This document shows positions 22,010 through 35,552 of a stretch of DNA of 64,000 bases, in pieces. The position numbers and the translations under genes are program-made. The stretch covers positions 63,304,001-63,368,000 of the forward strand of contig CM059438.1 in the NCBI GenBank assembly GCA_030390025.1, read 5' to 3'. The first letter of the stretch is position 1. Each line of letters begins with the position of its first letter. The notes under the pieces are model-generated. The model was not told where the DNA came from, did no database searches, and saw only the letters and a program-made list of their open reading frames with translations. The stretch is from Squalus acanthias (lineage: Eukaryota).

Positions 22010-24170
22010 TTTAAAAATTCTTTCATGGGATGTGGGCGTCGCTGGCAAGGCCAGCATTTCTTGCCCATCTCTAAATGCCCTTGAGAAGGTGCTGGTGAGC
22101 CACCTTCTTGAACCACTGCAGTCCGTGTGGTGACAATACTCCCACAGTGCTGTTAGCGAGTGAGTTCCAGGATTTTGACCCAGTGACGATGAAGGATCGG
22201 CGATATATTTCCAAGTCAGGATGGTGTGTGACTTGGAGGGGGACTTGCGGGTGATGGTGTTCCCATGCGCCTGCTGCCCTTGTCCTTCTAGGTGGTAGAG
22301 GTCGCGGGTTTGGGAGGTGCTGTCGAAGAAGTCTTGGCGAGTTGCTGCAGTGCATCGGTACGCCGGTGGTGGAGGGAGTGAATGTTGAAGGTGGTGGATG
22401 GGGTGCCAATCAAACGGGCTGCTTTGTCCTGGATGGTGTCGAGCTTCTTGACTGTTGCTGGCGCTGCACTCATCCAGGCAAGTGAAGAGTATTCCATCAC
22501 ACTCCTGACTTGTGCCTTGTAGATGGTGGAAAGGCTTTGGGGAGGCAGGAGGTGAGACACTCGCCGCAGTATACCCAGCCTCTGACCAACTCTTGTAGCC
22601 ACAGTATTTATGTGGCTGGTCCAGTTAAGTTTCTGGTCAATGGTGGGTGACCCTCAGGATGTTGATGGTGGGGGATTCAACGATGGTAATGCCATTGAAT
22701 GTCAAGGGAGGGTGGTTAGACTCTCTCTTGTTGGAGATAGTCATTGCCTGGCACTTATGTTACTTGTTACTTGCCACTTACCAGCCCAAGCCTGAATGTT
22801 GTCCAGGTCTTGCTGCATGCACTGCTTCATTATCTGGGGAGTTGTGAATAGAACTAAACACTGTGCAATCATCAGCGAACATCCCCACTTCTGACCTTCT
22901 GCTGGAGGGAAGGTCATTGATGAAGCAGCTGAAGATGGTTGGGCCTAGGACTCTGCAGCAATGTCCTGGGGCTGTGATGATTGACCTCCAACAACCACAA
23001 CCATCTTCCTTTGTGCTAGGTATGACTCCAGCCAGTGGAAAGTTTTCCCCCTGATTCCGGCTCCTTGATGCCAGACTCGGTCAAATGCTGCCTTGATGTC
23101 AAGGGCAGTCACTCTCACCTCTGGAATTCAACTCGTTGGACCAAGGCAGTAATGAGGTATGGAGTTGAGTGGTCCTGGCGGAACCCAAACTGAGCATCGG
23201 TGAGCAGGTGCTGCTTGATAGCACTGTCGATGACACCTTCCATCACTTAGCTGATGATTGAGAGGTAGTTGGTCAGATTGGATTTGTCCTGCTTTTTGTG
23301 GACAGGACATACCTGTGCAGTTTTCCACATTGTCGGGTAGATGCCAGTGTTGTAGCTGTATTGGAACAGCTTGGCTAGAGGCGCAGCTAGTTCTGGAGTG
23401 CAAGTCTTCAGCACAACAGCCGGGATGCTGTCGGGGCCCACAGTCTTTGTTGTATCTGGTGCACTCAGCCATTTCTTGATATCATGTGGAGTGAATCAAA
23501 TTGGCTTCTGTGATGGTGGGGACCTCAGGAGGAGGCCAATATAAATCATCCACTTGGCACTTCTGGCTGCTAAACGCTTCAGCCTTGTCTTTTGCACTCG
23601 CATGCTGGGCTCTGCCATCATTGAGAGTGGGGATATTCATTGTGCCTCCTCCTGTTGTTTGTTGAATTGTCCACCTCCCTTCACGACTGGATGTGGCAGC
23701 ACTTTGATGCTACTTTCGCATGCATGTAGTCCTGTGTTGCAGCTTCCCCAAGTTGGCACCTCATTTTTTGGTATACCTGGTGCTGCTCCTGTACACTCCT
23801 TGTTGAACCAGGGTTGGTCCCCTGGCTTGATGGTAATGGTAGAGTGAGAGATATGCCAGGCCATGAGATTACGGTTCTGCTGGAGTAAATGTTGAGGACC
23901 CCCAGGGCCTTCCTGGCGACTGTATACACCACTGTACCGCCACCATAGGCTGAAAGGTATGATTCTATGAGTATGACTATGTCAGGCTGTTGCTTGACTC
24001 ATCTGTGTGACAGCTCTCCCAAGTTTGACACAAATCCCCAGATGCTAGTGAGGACTTTTTGCAGGGTAGATTGGGTCGGGTGTGCTGTTGCCGTGTCCAA
24101 CGTCAGTGCCAGGTGGTTCCTCTCATTTTCTTTTTCTTATTGCTTTCTGTAGCGGTTTGTTACAACTGAG
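22010..24170 (-). mobile_element. Degenerate CR1/L2-group LINE (RT region plus 3' tail)
   Basis: Minus-strand GPDSIPAVVLK..ELAAPLAKLF..WKTAQVCPVHKK and YKAQVRSVMEYSSLAW; many frameshifts. Confidence 0.85.
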
Positions 24171-25331
24171 TGGCTTGTTTGCCCGTTTCAGAGGGCAGTT
24201 AAGAGCCAACCTGTTTGCTGTGGGTCTGGGGTCACATATAGGTCAGACCAGCAGATTTCCTTCTCTAAGGCGAACCAGATGGATTTTTACCACAATTCGA
24301 TAGTTTCATGGTCACCATTACACTAGATTTAATTAATTAACTGAATTAAAATTCCCCCGTTGCCATGGTGGGATTTGAACTTACATCTCTGGATTACCAG
24401 TCCAGTAACATATCTGCTATGCTACCGTCCCACGTGGGAAAGTGGGAACTCCAATTGCATCCAGTGCTGAAAGTGTTCCATTCCCAGGCACTGACACCCG
24501 AACCTCGATGAGCACAAAAATATACCAAAAAGTACAAATTTTAAAAGCCGACTTGCTACTTTGTAGAGGAGCCTGCATTTTAACATCCTGTCAGAGCTGA
24601 TTTTTGTGAGCTTCTAATGCTTTCTCTCTGTTTCTTCCTGTCCACCGTGTCCATCCATTTATCTCACACTTCATGGGAGGGATTGGGTACTTTCTGTCAT
24701 TTTATGTTGTGTCCATGATAACATGCTTCTCAATCGATGTTAGAGTGTCAGCTCACTGACATTGCATCATTCAGCGCAAATATTCTATCTGCTTCTTTAG
24801 CTTTGAAATGCTGTTACTGCAAAGGGGACTTAGAAGCGATATCAGATCATCTGTACTTCCTCTCCCCCTCCCGCCCAACCAGAACAGAATGATAGGTCCG
24901 TTCCTCTGTATCGCACATTCTGCAGCTGTTGGGCATGGAGCGCCAGGAACCAACGCACAATTTCTTTCATTGGCCAAGTCACTGAAAATGTTGTTTCCTG
25001 TTTTAGAAACAAAGAGTCGAGTTTGGACGAACTGGTTTGTTTTCTGCAGCTGCGTGAAGCTGCCCGTTATTTTTTTAACTGCTTCAATGTGGCAGGAACA
25101 CAAAGGGATATTTATATCTGCAATTTGTGCAGCACTGTGACAAATTGTCATGTTTATTCGCGGGACCAGATGTTTAATTGCTGCCATTGCCGTTGGATTT
25201 GCAAATATTGTGATTCTCTCAGCCAATTACAAATATATAATTTAAATGGGGACTGAAAAAGTACAAAGAGGTTGAATTCGTGCCAGGAGATGTTAACGTG
25301 TTTGCATTTGCATAGTTTGTGCTTTTCATGT

Positions 25332-25625
25332 CAACAACAACAACTTACATTTATATAGCACCTTTAACGTAATGAAACGTTCCGAGGTGTTTCACAGGAG
25401 CGTAATCGGACAAAAATTGACACCGAGCCAAAGAAGGAGACATTAGGATGGGTCACCAAAAGCTTGGTCAAAGAGGTAGGTTTTAGAGGGTCTTAAAGGA
25501 GGAGAGGTGGAGAGGTTTAGGGAGGGAATTCCAGAGCTTAGGGCCGAGGCCGCTGAAGACACGGCCGCCAATAGTGGTGTGAAGGAATCTGCGGATGGGC
25601 AAGAGGCCAGAGTTGGAGGAACAGA
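25332..25625 (-). mobile_element. L2 LINE 3' end
   Basis: GGRVFS.LGPKLWNSLP motif and (CAA)n tail on +. Confidence 0.8.
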
Positions 25626-25879
25626 GAACATCCCGCAAGCACTTCACGGCCAAAGAATTATTTTTGAAATATAGCCGCTGTTGTTTTGTAGGTAACGGGG
25701 CAAACAATGTGGGCATAGAACAGTCCTACCAAGAACAAATGAGATAAACGCCTATGAAGGTGTTAATGTGCTTAGATAGTACTCCTATTTTAACAAAGGC
25801 ACTAACCCATTTATTTTAAATGGATTAATGCTTTTATTAAGATGATCGACAGAATTCATAGGGATGTGTTAACACATTT

Positions 25880-27430
25880 ATCACCAAAGAACGAGAGTTT
25901 TAAATGAGAGGTGAGAGGGGTGGAATAAGGTGAGATGCTCAAAGGAGGAGAAAGTGCCAGAGGAGTAGGGGCCCAGATCAAGGTGTGATTTGGTGATGAG
26001 AGCCACACTGTCACCACGGCGGTCTGAGCAGGGCAAGTGGTGGAAGGTATAGCCAGGCGGGGAGGCTTCATTTAAGGGTAAGGTGTCATTACCCCTCAAC
26101 CAAGTTTCCGTCAGGGCCATGATGTCAATGCAATCATCCATGATAAGCTCATGGATGGCAAGGGCCTTGTTCGCAAGTGAACGGACATTCTGGAGGGAGA
26201 TGCGGAGAGGGTCGGTGATGGCTGACCCACTGCCTGTGTCCACAGGGTCAGCACTGGGGTGGATGAGTTTGATGGGGAGGAGATTGGCAAGATTTGCCCC
26301 CAGTGGGTGCGCTGGGCGGGAAGGTCGGCGAGAGAGTAGGATGGGATGGTTGAGGTTGCTGCTCGTAAGGAGGCAGCGACGAGTGCCTCGATGGGCCCTT
26401 CGTAGGACTCCGAGAGGCACAGAGGGAAGCTGTGGGCTTATTTAAGAGGGAGTTGAGCCTGGGACGACGACAGGAGAGTAGGAAGGTCAAAGAGTAATGG
26501 AGGGTTGGGTAGGGATTTGGGAGGGCAGAGTATCCGAGAGAGGAGAGATGAAAGGAGGCATGTTGGAGAGAGCGGTCAGGGAGGGATAGAGAGAAAAGGA
26601 AAAGGGTGAGAAAAAGTGGAAATGTATTGAATGGCTCGGGTCCGGGGCGGCAGCGAAAGTGCGCACGCGAATGGACACAGGAACAGCTCAGGTTACATAG
26701 GTCTGTTTAAATGTAATAATTAATGGGATACATATTTCCTGGTAGCAGGGAATAGGTTGGAGACAATAGTAGGGAGACCAGGGTCAAAGTCAGAGGTCCC
26801 AGGGAAGGACAAAGCTGACGTAAGCAGGATGGGGCCGGTACGGAGCATCGACGAACCGCTGTCCAAAGCAGGCGAGTGAAGTCCAGAAGCTATTTGAAGG
26901 GTAGAGAGTTCGAGGATGGAGATTGTTGCCGCAGGAATGAGAGTCGGTAGCGGTGCAGGAAGATGATGGTGAAATTGACGCAAGTTGCAGGTCACCGTAG
27001 ATCAAAGCGGCGGAGAAAAGGTAAAACCACAAGCCAGCGACCAGAAAAGCTGAAAACCGGTAGAACCAGTCACCGGACAGCAAGTGAACCAGCAGCTGCT
27101 ACCTACAAACCAGCAGAGCTGAAAAACCAGTAGAACCAGTCCAGCAGAGACACAGCCACAGTTTAAAAGTTAAAAAATCTTTTAGCAGCAGAGACAGAGA
27201 CACAGTAGGTAAATGTTACAGTGTAATCCAGTGCAGAAACGTAGTCTAGATGTCCAGAGAAGTCCAGGAGATCGGAAACCAATTTGACAAAAGAATTCAG
27301 CAGCATAAGACTTGAAGCGACTGAAAAGCAGAGCAGAGTCACAGCCGCTGAGCCAAACCGTGTAGTCAGTAGAGCAGCATAGTCCTGTTGGTAGAGGAAT
27401 CCAGTGATGGAAGTCAAGTTTCAACAGAGT
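25880..27430 (-). mobile_element. L2-type LINE 5' region with AP-endonuclease domain
   Basis: ORF 25881-26420: LQNVRSLANK..I.ELI....IDIMALTETWL..PPGYTF.H..RG..VALI (APE domain), preceded by LGVLRR.HRG; upstream boundary uncertain. Confidence 0.75.
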
Positions 27431-27959
27431 TCCGGCAGTTGAAAGACATTTCGTGCTTAAGGTGAAGGGGCCACTTGTACAAGTGGAACATCCAGTGTCA
27501 TCATTAACCATGCCTGTCAGTTATAATAGTTTGAGGCAGGCTAAGGCTGCCATGACAACCACAGTGTGGGAATATCAATCCTGTGGCAAGACTGGCCATG
27601 TAGTGCCCAATTACGTCACAAACTGTGCCCAGGAAATGGATTGAGACTGCCGAGATTCAATTACAGACGGCAGAAAGGCAGAGAATTTCATCCCTTTATT
27701 TTGAGCCCAAATCTGAGAAACAAAAGGGCAGGTGTCCAAACCCACTGCAAAATGATATTTCAAAAGTACTCATGGTTCAACAGCTGACGAGACAAGCTTA
27801 GCCTCCAATGCTGTTGGCTACAGACCCACGAAAGCTCCAGTACCCGACAAAAGCACATGTAGGCGTCAGATGGTGGGAAAAGCGCTACCATCATCCAGTG
27901 ATGTTTTGGAGTTGCCTTTGGGAGGTGCATGTGTGGTTCAAGCTGATTTGCTCCCTGAT

Positions 27960-28400
27960 TTCACTGCAGATTCACCATAATGATACCAGGGTTAAAAGGG
28001 TTAAATTATGAGGGCAGGTTGTATAGACTAGGCTTGTGTTCCCTTGAGTATAGAAGATTAAGGGGTGATCTAATTGAGGTGTTTAAGATGATTAAAGGAT
28101 TTGATAGGGTAGATAGGGAGAAACTATTTCCTCTGGTGGGGGGAGTCCAGAAAAAGTGGGGCATAACCTTAAAATTAGAGCTAGGCCGTTCAGGGGTGAT
28201 ATCAGGAAGCACTTCTTCACACAAAGGATAGTGAAAATCTGGAACTCTCCCCCCCAGAAAGCTGATGAGGCTGGGTGTCAATTGAATATTTCAAAACTGA
28301 GATTGATAGATTTTAGCTAAGAGTATTAAGGGTTACGGAACCAAGTTGGGTAGATGGAGTTAAGATACAGATCAGCCATGATCTAATTGAATAGGCTCCA
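27960..28400 (+). mobile_element. CR1 LINE 3' fragment
   Basis: ORF 27980-28231: LNYEGRL..LGL.SLE.RRLRGDLIEVFKM. Confidence 0.88.
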
Positions 28401-28844
28401 AGGACTATGTTCATCGACTAAGCAGGCTTCTGTTAAGTTAACTGCCATGGAAGTAGCGATGTTAGGTTAAAGGCCTTAAGACAGTTTGTATTAATTTTAC
28501 AACGTGCTCTATGTGCTTAATTATTTCATTGTATTGTGTATTGGTGTTTGTGTTGAATTGATCATTTAATATGTCACAGCATTAGAATTAATACATAATC
28601 AGTTATCAGAATTATTTACTTCTCTAAACAGCCACGTTTTGCTAAGCTGTTTGGGTAAATGGTGTTCCGCTGTTCTTTTTAGGGATTTGTTCATACCGAA
28701 ACTCGGACAAAGAAAATCAATTGCAGAAAGATTAAAACATAAGCCCTTAAAGAAACTGCGAAATGAGGGATATTGATTTTACTAACTGCTCAAGCTCTAT
28801 TTGAGGGTCCGTGTGTTGTTTCAATACTGTAGTTGTAGGTGACT

Positions 28845-29265
28845 GCCATGGCTCAGGTGGTTGCACTCACATCTTTATACTGAGCACAAAATCTAGGCTG
28901 ACACTCCAGTGCAGTACCGAGGGAGCGCTGCACTGTCGGAGGTGCCCTCTTTCAGATGAGACGTCAAACCGAGGCCCCGTCTGCCCCCTCAGGTGGACGT
29001 AAATGGTCCCATGGCATTATTTCGAAGAAGCGCAGGGGAGTTCTCCCCGGTGTCTTGGCCAATATTTATCCCTCAACCAACATCACTAAAACAGTTTATC
29101 AGGTCATTATCACGTTGCTGTTTGTGGGTCCTTGCTGTGTGCAAATGGGCTGCCTTACAACATTACATCACAATCGTGGCCACACTTGAAAAGTACGTCC
29201 TTGGCTGTAAAGCACTTTGGGACGTTCAGTGGTCGTGAAAGGCGCTATAAAAATGCATGTCTTTC
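28845..29265 (+). mobile_element. Deu-domain tRNA-SINE
   Basis: Same core and tail as 17325-17770. Confidence 0.78.
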
Positions 29266-29339
29266 TTACTATAGTTGACAGATTATGGAAGCTGTTACAA
29301 AGAAGAGGTAAATAACGGGCGGACGATCCCATTTTATAC

Positions 29340-32300
29340 TATCATAGAATCATGGAATGGTAACAGCACAGAAGGAGGCCATTCGGCCCATCGAGCCCGT
29401 GCCGGCTCTCTGCAAGAACACTTCAGCTAGTCCCACTCCCCCATCCTGCAAATGTTTTTCCTTCAGGTATTTATCCAACTCCCTTTTGAAAGCCACTATT
29501 GAGTCCGCCTCCACCACCCTTTCAGGCAATGCATTCCACATCCTCACCACTCGCTGCGTAAAAAAGTTTTACCTCATGTCGCCTTTGGTTCTTTTGCCAA
29601 CCACCTTGAATCTGTGTCTTCTGATTCTCGACCATTCCGCCAACGGAAACAGTTTCTCTCTATCCACTCTGCCTAGACCCCTCATGATTTTGAACACCTC
29701 TATCAAATCTCCTCTCAACCTTCTCTGCTTGAAGGAGAACAACCCCAGCTTCTCCAGTCTATCCATGTAACTGAAGTCCCTCATCCCTGGAATCATTCTC
29801 GTAAATCTTTTCTGCACCCTCTCTAAGGCCTTCACATCCCTCCTAAAGTGCGCTGCCCAGAATTGGACATAATACTCCAGTTGAGGCCGAACCAGTATTT
29901 TATAAAGATTCATCATAACTTCCTTGCTTTTGTACTCTATGCCTCTATTTATGAAGCCCAGGATCCCACATGCTTTTTTAATCGCTTTCTCAACCTGCCC
30001 TGCAACCTTCAATGATTTGTGCACATATACCCCCAGGTCTCTCTGTTCATGCACCCCCTTTAGAATTGTACCCTTTAGTTTATATTGCCTCTCCTCGTTC
30101 TTCCTACCAAAATGTCTCACTTCGCACTTTTCTGCGTTAAATTTCATCTGCCACGTGTCCGCTCATTCCACCAGCTTGTCTACGTCCTCTTGAAGTCTAT
30201 CACTCTCCTCCTCACTGTTCACTATACTTCCAAGTTTTGTGTCATCTGCAAATTTTGAAATTGTGCCCTGTACTCCCAATCCAAGTCATTAATATATATC
30301 AAGAAAAGCAGTGGTCCTAGTACCGACCCCTGGGAAACACCACTGTATACCTTCCTCCAGTACTAAAAACAACCGTTCACGACTACTCTCTGTTTCCTGT
30401 CACTTAGCCAATTTTGTATCCATGCTGCCACTGTCCCTTTTATACCATGGGCTTCAACTTTGCTAGCAAGTCTATTATGTGGCACTTTATCAAACGCCTT
30501 TTGGAAGTCCATATACACCACGTCAACCGTATTGCCTTCATCAACCCTCTCTGTTACCTCATCAATAAACTTGATCAAGTTAGTTAAACATGATTTGCCT
30601 TTAACAAATCCATGCTGGCTTTCCTTAATTAATCCACACTTGTCCAAGTGACTGTTAACTTTGTCCCGGATTATCATTTCCAAAAGCTTCCCCACTACCG
30701 AGGTTAAACTAACTGGCCTGTAGTTGCTGGGTTTATCCTTACACCCTTTTTTGAACAAGGGTGTAACATTTGCAATTCTCCAGTCCTCTGGCATCACCCC
30801 CGTATCTAAGGAGGATTGGAAGATTATGGCCAGTACCTCCGCAATTTCCTCCTTAACCTCCCTCAGCATCCTAGGATGCATCCCATCCGGTCCTGGTAAC
30901 TTATCAACTTTAAGTTCAGACAGCCTTTCTAGTACCTCCTCTTTATCAATTCTTATCTCATCCAGTATCTCCACTACCTCATAGAGTCATAGTCATACAC
31001 TATGACTTTGGCAGCATCTTATTCCTTGGTGAAGACAGATGCAAAGTACTCATTTAGTACCTCAGCCATGCCCTCTGCCTCCATGCGTAGGTCACTTTTT
31101 TGGTCCCTAATCAGCCCCACCCCTCCTCTTACTACCCGTTTATTATTTATATACCTATAGAAGACTTTGGAATTCCCTTTTATGTTAGCTGCCATCTATT
31201 CTTTTACTCTCTCTTTGCCCTCTTATTTTCTTTTTCACTTCCCCTCTGAACTTTCTATATTCAGCCTGATTCTCACTTGTATTCTCAACCTGACATCTGT
31301 CATACGCGTTCTTTTTCTGCTTCATCTTACTCTCTGGGTGGAATTTTGCCGGCACTCAGGGGGCGGTTTTGGAGGCGGGACTGCTGGCAAAATTGCAAAG
31401 ATTGACAGCGGGTCCCGAACCCGCTGTCAACCCACCTCCATACAATCTTCCCAAGTGTCGGGTCCCCGATTTGCGCAGGGACTCGACACCTAGCGGCGGG
31501 AAGAGGATTATAGGCACTTAACTGCCTGTTAACAGATAGTTAACAGGCAGTTAAGAGGCTATTTTCAATTTTGCCAGGTCGACTGCGAGCTTCCTGACGT
31601 CCGGACACCATGCCAGGTAAGTGTGGCGTGCTGTGGGTCTACTGTAAGGTTTGTGCGTTGATGACAGCTGCAGAAGTGGTGTGAAAGATCCAATAGTACA
31701 CTGGTGAGTTTCAGAGGTAAGAAAATATTGGGAAAATCATTTTTAATGTATTTAGAGTTTTCTGTAGGTAACAAGGTTTGAAGTGTTTGTGTAGTCCCAC
31801 CTCAATGGGAGATCCTCTCTCACCAGTGACAGATCGCTTCTGTAACCTCACCTGCAGCTGCCATCTGTTTTATCCTAAGGAGAGAGTCTCTGGAGAGTCT
31901 GGGTGCAAGGGCTCACCTTTGTACAGTGATTGGCAGTGTTTGCAGCACCTCAATGCTGTCAAACACTGAAAAATCATCTGTCCAAAAAAAATGAGCGTGT
32001 CCCCTTTAAGAAAACCGGCAGATGACACGTCATCAACTGATATCATCTGACACCAGCTTTCTCTTAATTGGCTGGCAAGCCCGCAGGGCGGGCTTAACAA
32101 GGCCAATTGATGCAAAATAGCGTCTGCATTGGGCTTCATTGTGGGCGTGATCGGAACCCGCAAGTCAGCTGACCCGCTCCCAACTCGCACCGAAAGGTAA
32201 GATTGCGCCCAATATCTCTTTCGTCATCCAGGGAGCTCTGGCTTTAGTTGACCTACCTTTCCCCGTTGTGGGAATGTACCTCGACTGTACCAGAACCATC

Positions 32301-33070
32301 TCTTCTTTAAATGCAGCCCATTGTTCAATTACAGTTTTGCCTGCCAATCTTTGATTCCAATTTACCTGGGCCAGATCCGTTCCCAACCCACTGAAACTTG
32401 CCTTCCTCCAATTAAGTATTTTTACTCTAGATTGCTCCCTGTCCTTTTCCATAGCTAATCTAAACCTTATGATACTATGATCACTGTTCCCTAAATGTTC
32501 CCCTACTGACACTTGCTCCACTTGACCCACCTCATTCCCCAGAACCAGATCCAGCAATGCCTCCTCCCTCGTTGGGCTGGAAATGTACTGATCAAGAAAG
32601 TTCTCCTGAACACACTTCAGAAATTCCTCCCCTCTCTGCCCTTTACAATATTACTATCCCAGTCTATATTAGGATAATTGAAGTCCCCCATTATTACTAC
32701 TCTATAGTTCTTGCACCTCTCTGTAATTTTCCTGCAAATTTGCTCCTCTATATCTTTCCCACTAGTTGGTGGCCTATAGAATACACCTAGTCGTGTAATG
32801 GCACCTCTATTATTTCTTAACTCTAACCAAATAGATTCTGTCCTTGACCCCTCCAGGACATCCTCTCTCTCCAGCACTGTAATATTCTCCTTAATCAATA
32901 CTGCCTCATCACCTCCTTTCTTTCCTTCCCTATCTTTCCTGAACACCTGATAACCAGGAATATTTAAAAACCAATCCTGCCCATTTTTGAGTCAGATCTC
33001 CGTTATCGCCACGACATAATTTTCCCATGTGGCTATTTGCGCCTGCAGCTCACCAAGCTTATTTGCCACG
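29340..33070 (-). mobile_element. CR1 LINE, long copy (endonuclease plus RT), interrupted at 31336-32210
   Basis: FYRPP and MGDFNYPNIDW (EN, 32617-32946); PGPDGMHPR, SQHGF, MDFQKAFD (RT, 30363-30974); C-terminus at 29569-30147; ATCATAGA tail. Confidence 0.95.
31336..32210. mobile_element. Harbinger-type non-autonomous element nested in CR1
   Basis: TIR-like GGGTGGAATTT / AAGATTGCGCCC. CR1 sequence resumes in register on both sides. Homologous to 37191-38480. Confidence 0.75.
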
Positions 33071-33184
33071 CTTCTTCGACAAAGCTTACCCCCCCAACAC
33101 CCGTGTGTGAACTCTGCCTTCTACATTTACCAAATACACCAAGCACGCTGCATGCTGTGAAACAATTTTTTTTATATACCAATC

Positions 33185-33190
33185 TTTAAT
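33185..33190 (-). promoter_or_regulatory. Candidate PAXX polyadenylation signal ATTAAA
   Basis: ATTAAA on the minus strand ~170 nt past the PAXX stop, in an AT-rich 3'UTR. Confidence 0.4.
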
Positions 33191-33356
33191 TTAAAAAGCC
33201 TTATAAAATGTCCCATTACTGTTTGTTAAACAAGCACAGCCAGCATTTCTTTTAAAATCGATATTCATCATTGTATATAATAAGCAATAAATTATGGTAA
33301 ACTACACTTCATTAAAAATATCTCCAGCAAATTCATTTCGAGCCCAGTGGAATGCT

Positions 33357-33405
33357 TCACTCGTCGCCTTTGTCTTCAAAACTCACTCCAGTGGGTGCCT
33401 TTGTT
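33357..33405 (-). CDS. PAXX: PAXX terminal coding exon (Ku-binding motif)
   Basis: ctttcattcAG| encodes (R)TKAPTGVSFEDKGDE followed by TGA; corresponds to human KKPAGGVDFDET. Confidence 0.92.
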
Positions 33406-33480
33406 CTGAATGAAAGAGGAAAGAGATAGTTTGTATCTATGACACAGGGAGTACAACCATCCATCTGTACAAAGCACCAA

Positions 33481-33497
33481 TAGCGCCACCTACTTGC
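33481..33497 (-). promoter_or_regulatory. Candidate CTCF site (reverse)
   Basis: Minus strand GCAAGTAGGTGGCGCTA. Confidence 0.45.
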
Positions 33498-34247
33498 ACA
33501 GTATAAGACTTGGACAGCCAATGCTCAGTGTAGCAGGAGCTGAAAACGTTAGGGAGCAGGTTTTATACTTAAAGGGACAGGGCTATGAAGGCAAAGTGCC
33601 TTGTGTGACACCTCTCTTTGTACAGGGTGAAAGATAACATCAGTTGCCAACACTAATTTTTCTTAGTATATTCTTTCATTCTTCTCTTCACTTGGCATCA
33701 TGAGCAATGTTCCGGACCATTCCAGGAACTGGGGGGGGGGGGGGGGGGCACCTGAAAATTTCCCTGAAGCTCTTTTAAGTGTCATTCGGGAGCCACACCG
33801 CTTTGAAACAAAATAAAGAGGCAGAGGAACCAGCGGCGCAGTGCGTTAGAGGCTGGCTTTTCACATCTCGGACTTGAGTGAAAGCCCAGCCCAGACTGGT
33901 GACATTAAAAGTTTCCTCTGGCTGTAAGGAGCCTTGGTGAAATGCCTTTTGTCAGTCTACTAAAGGAGTTGGGCCTACAGCACAAAATTGGCACTCATCA
34001 TTCTGGTCAAGGCTGGTCCGAGTACGGTAGCCTAGTGGTTATGGTACTGGACTCGCACCCAGAGGCTTGAGAGTTCAAATCCCTACATGGCAAATTGTGA
34101 AATTGAATTCAAAATGACCAAGAAAGCTGCTGGATTGTAATAAAAACCCAACTAATTCACTAACGCCCTACTGGGAAAGCAACCTGCCATCTCTTCCTGC
34201 TCTGGCCTACTTGTGACTTCAGTTCCAGACTATGTAGTAGACTCTAT

Positions 34248-34948
34248 GGGGGCTAAATTCAGTTGATTTGTGCCTCCCGGTGGCGCTAACGGGGCACAAA
34301 TCAACTAGCGCCTGGGCGTGGCGCCGCTAATGCCTCCTGCAAAATTCAGCGGGAGGCTAGCGGCGGCGCTAACCGTTAGCGCCGCGCAGTGCTGCGCCAT
34401 CAGCGATGATGTCATCGCCGTGCGCAGCACCCCGCTCGCGCCCCGGCTGAAATATTGGGTGGCGCCCCCCGACTTACCGCCGGATGCTATGTCTGACGGG
34501 GGTCAGGGGGGCCTACCTGTGGCCGGGGCGGCGCTAGTTAAAGGGGAGGTGGCGGGCGGCCATTTTTGTTGCTGGCCGCCTGCCAGCACCTGCCCCCATT
34601 GCTGTCCCCGGCCCCCGTGAAGCCCCCCCGCGGGGTGCCAGCTGCTCCCCGTGAGCCTGGCGCTCCTCTTGAGTGCCGGGCTTGTTTGCCGGCACTCCCG
34701 ATCCCTGGTGGCCCAGCTGGGCTCCGGGACGTGCTGCGCCAGGCCCCTCCCCTTTAATAAGGGGAGGAAGGTCTGCAGTACTGCGGCACGTAGCGCCGCG
34801 ATATTGGCTCGCAGCGCCCCAAGAGGGACGCGGAGTGCTTCCAGTAGCGCTCCTCCTCCCTCTCGGGGTGCTACCTGGGAAAATCGGCACGGGGGCGCTA
34901 ACTTTTTCGGGGCGCTAAAAGTATGGGGCGCTACCCAATTTTTACCCC
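34248..34948 (-). mobile_element. GC-rich MITE (family of 2266-2982) nested in a tRNA-SINE
   Basis: TIRs GGGGGCTAAATT / AATTTTTACCCC. The SINE (about 34020-34975) continues on both sides. Confidence 0.8.
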
Positions 34949-35084
34949 TTAATGCCTTCAGGGCACCTAGGGATGATGCCATGGCATCTTTATTGTTGCC
35001 AGCGTCATCCACCCAAGAACAAATAAAGAAGAACAAACTGCCAATGTCACTCGAACTGGCCCAAAAATGATCGGTGTGGGAAAC

Positions 35085-35552
35085 AATAACAACTTACATT
35101 TGTATCGCGTCTTTAACATAGTAAAACATCCCAAGGCGCTTCTCACAGGAGCGTTATCGTTTAAAAAAAACAGTAGGGCGTCCATGGCCTCGTCCCTCCC
35201 TATCTCTGTAACCTCCTCCTGCCCTACAACTCTCCGAGATCTCTGCGCTCCTCCAACTCTGGCCTCTTGTGCATCCCTGATTTCCATCACTCGATAAATG
35301 GCGGCCGTGCTTTCAGCTGCCTAGGCCCTAAACTCTGGAATTTTCTCTCCAAACCTCTCGCACCGCTCTACCGCGCTCTCCTCCTTTAAGATACTGCTTA
35401 AAACCTACCTCTTTGACCAGGCTTTGGGTCACCTGTCCTAATATCACTTTATGTGGCTCGATGTCAAACTTTGATTGATAACTCTGCTGTGAAGCATCTT
35501 GGGATGTTTTATTACACGTTAAAGGCGCCATATAAATGCAAGTTGTTGTTGT
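35085..35552. mobile_element. L2 3' fragments (short - strand tail, then + strand 3' end)
   Basis: CAAC-repeat tail at 35085 and GTTGTTG tail at 35540; L2 3' core between them. Confidence 0.7.

Noticed and set aside
24771..25256. Overlapping ORFs in unique intergenic sequence
   Set aside because: No protein motif or convincing splice pair; could be regulatory but unsupported.
33731..33748. Poly-G run as a G-quadruplex element
   Set aside because: Simple homopolymer, possibly length-inaccurate; no further evidence of function.
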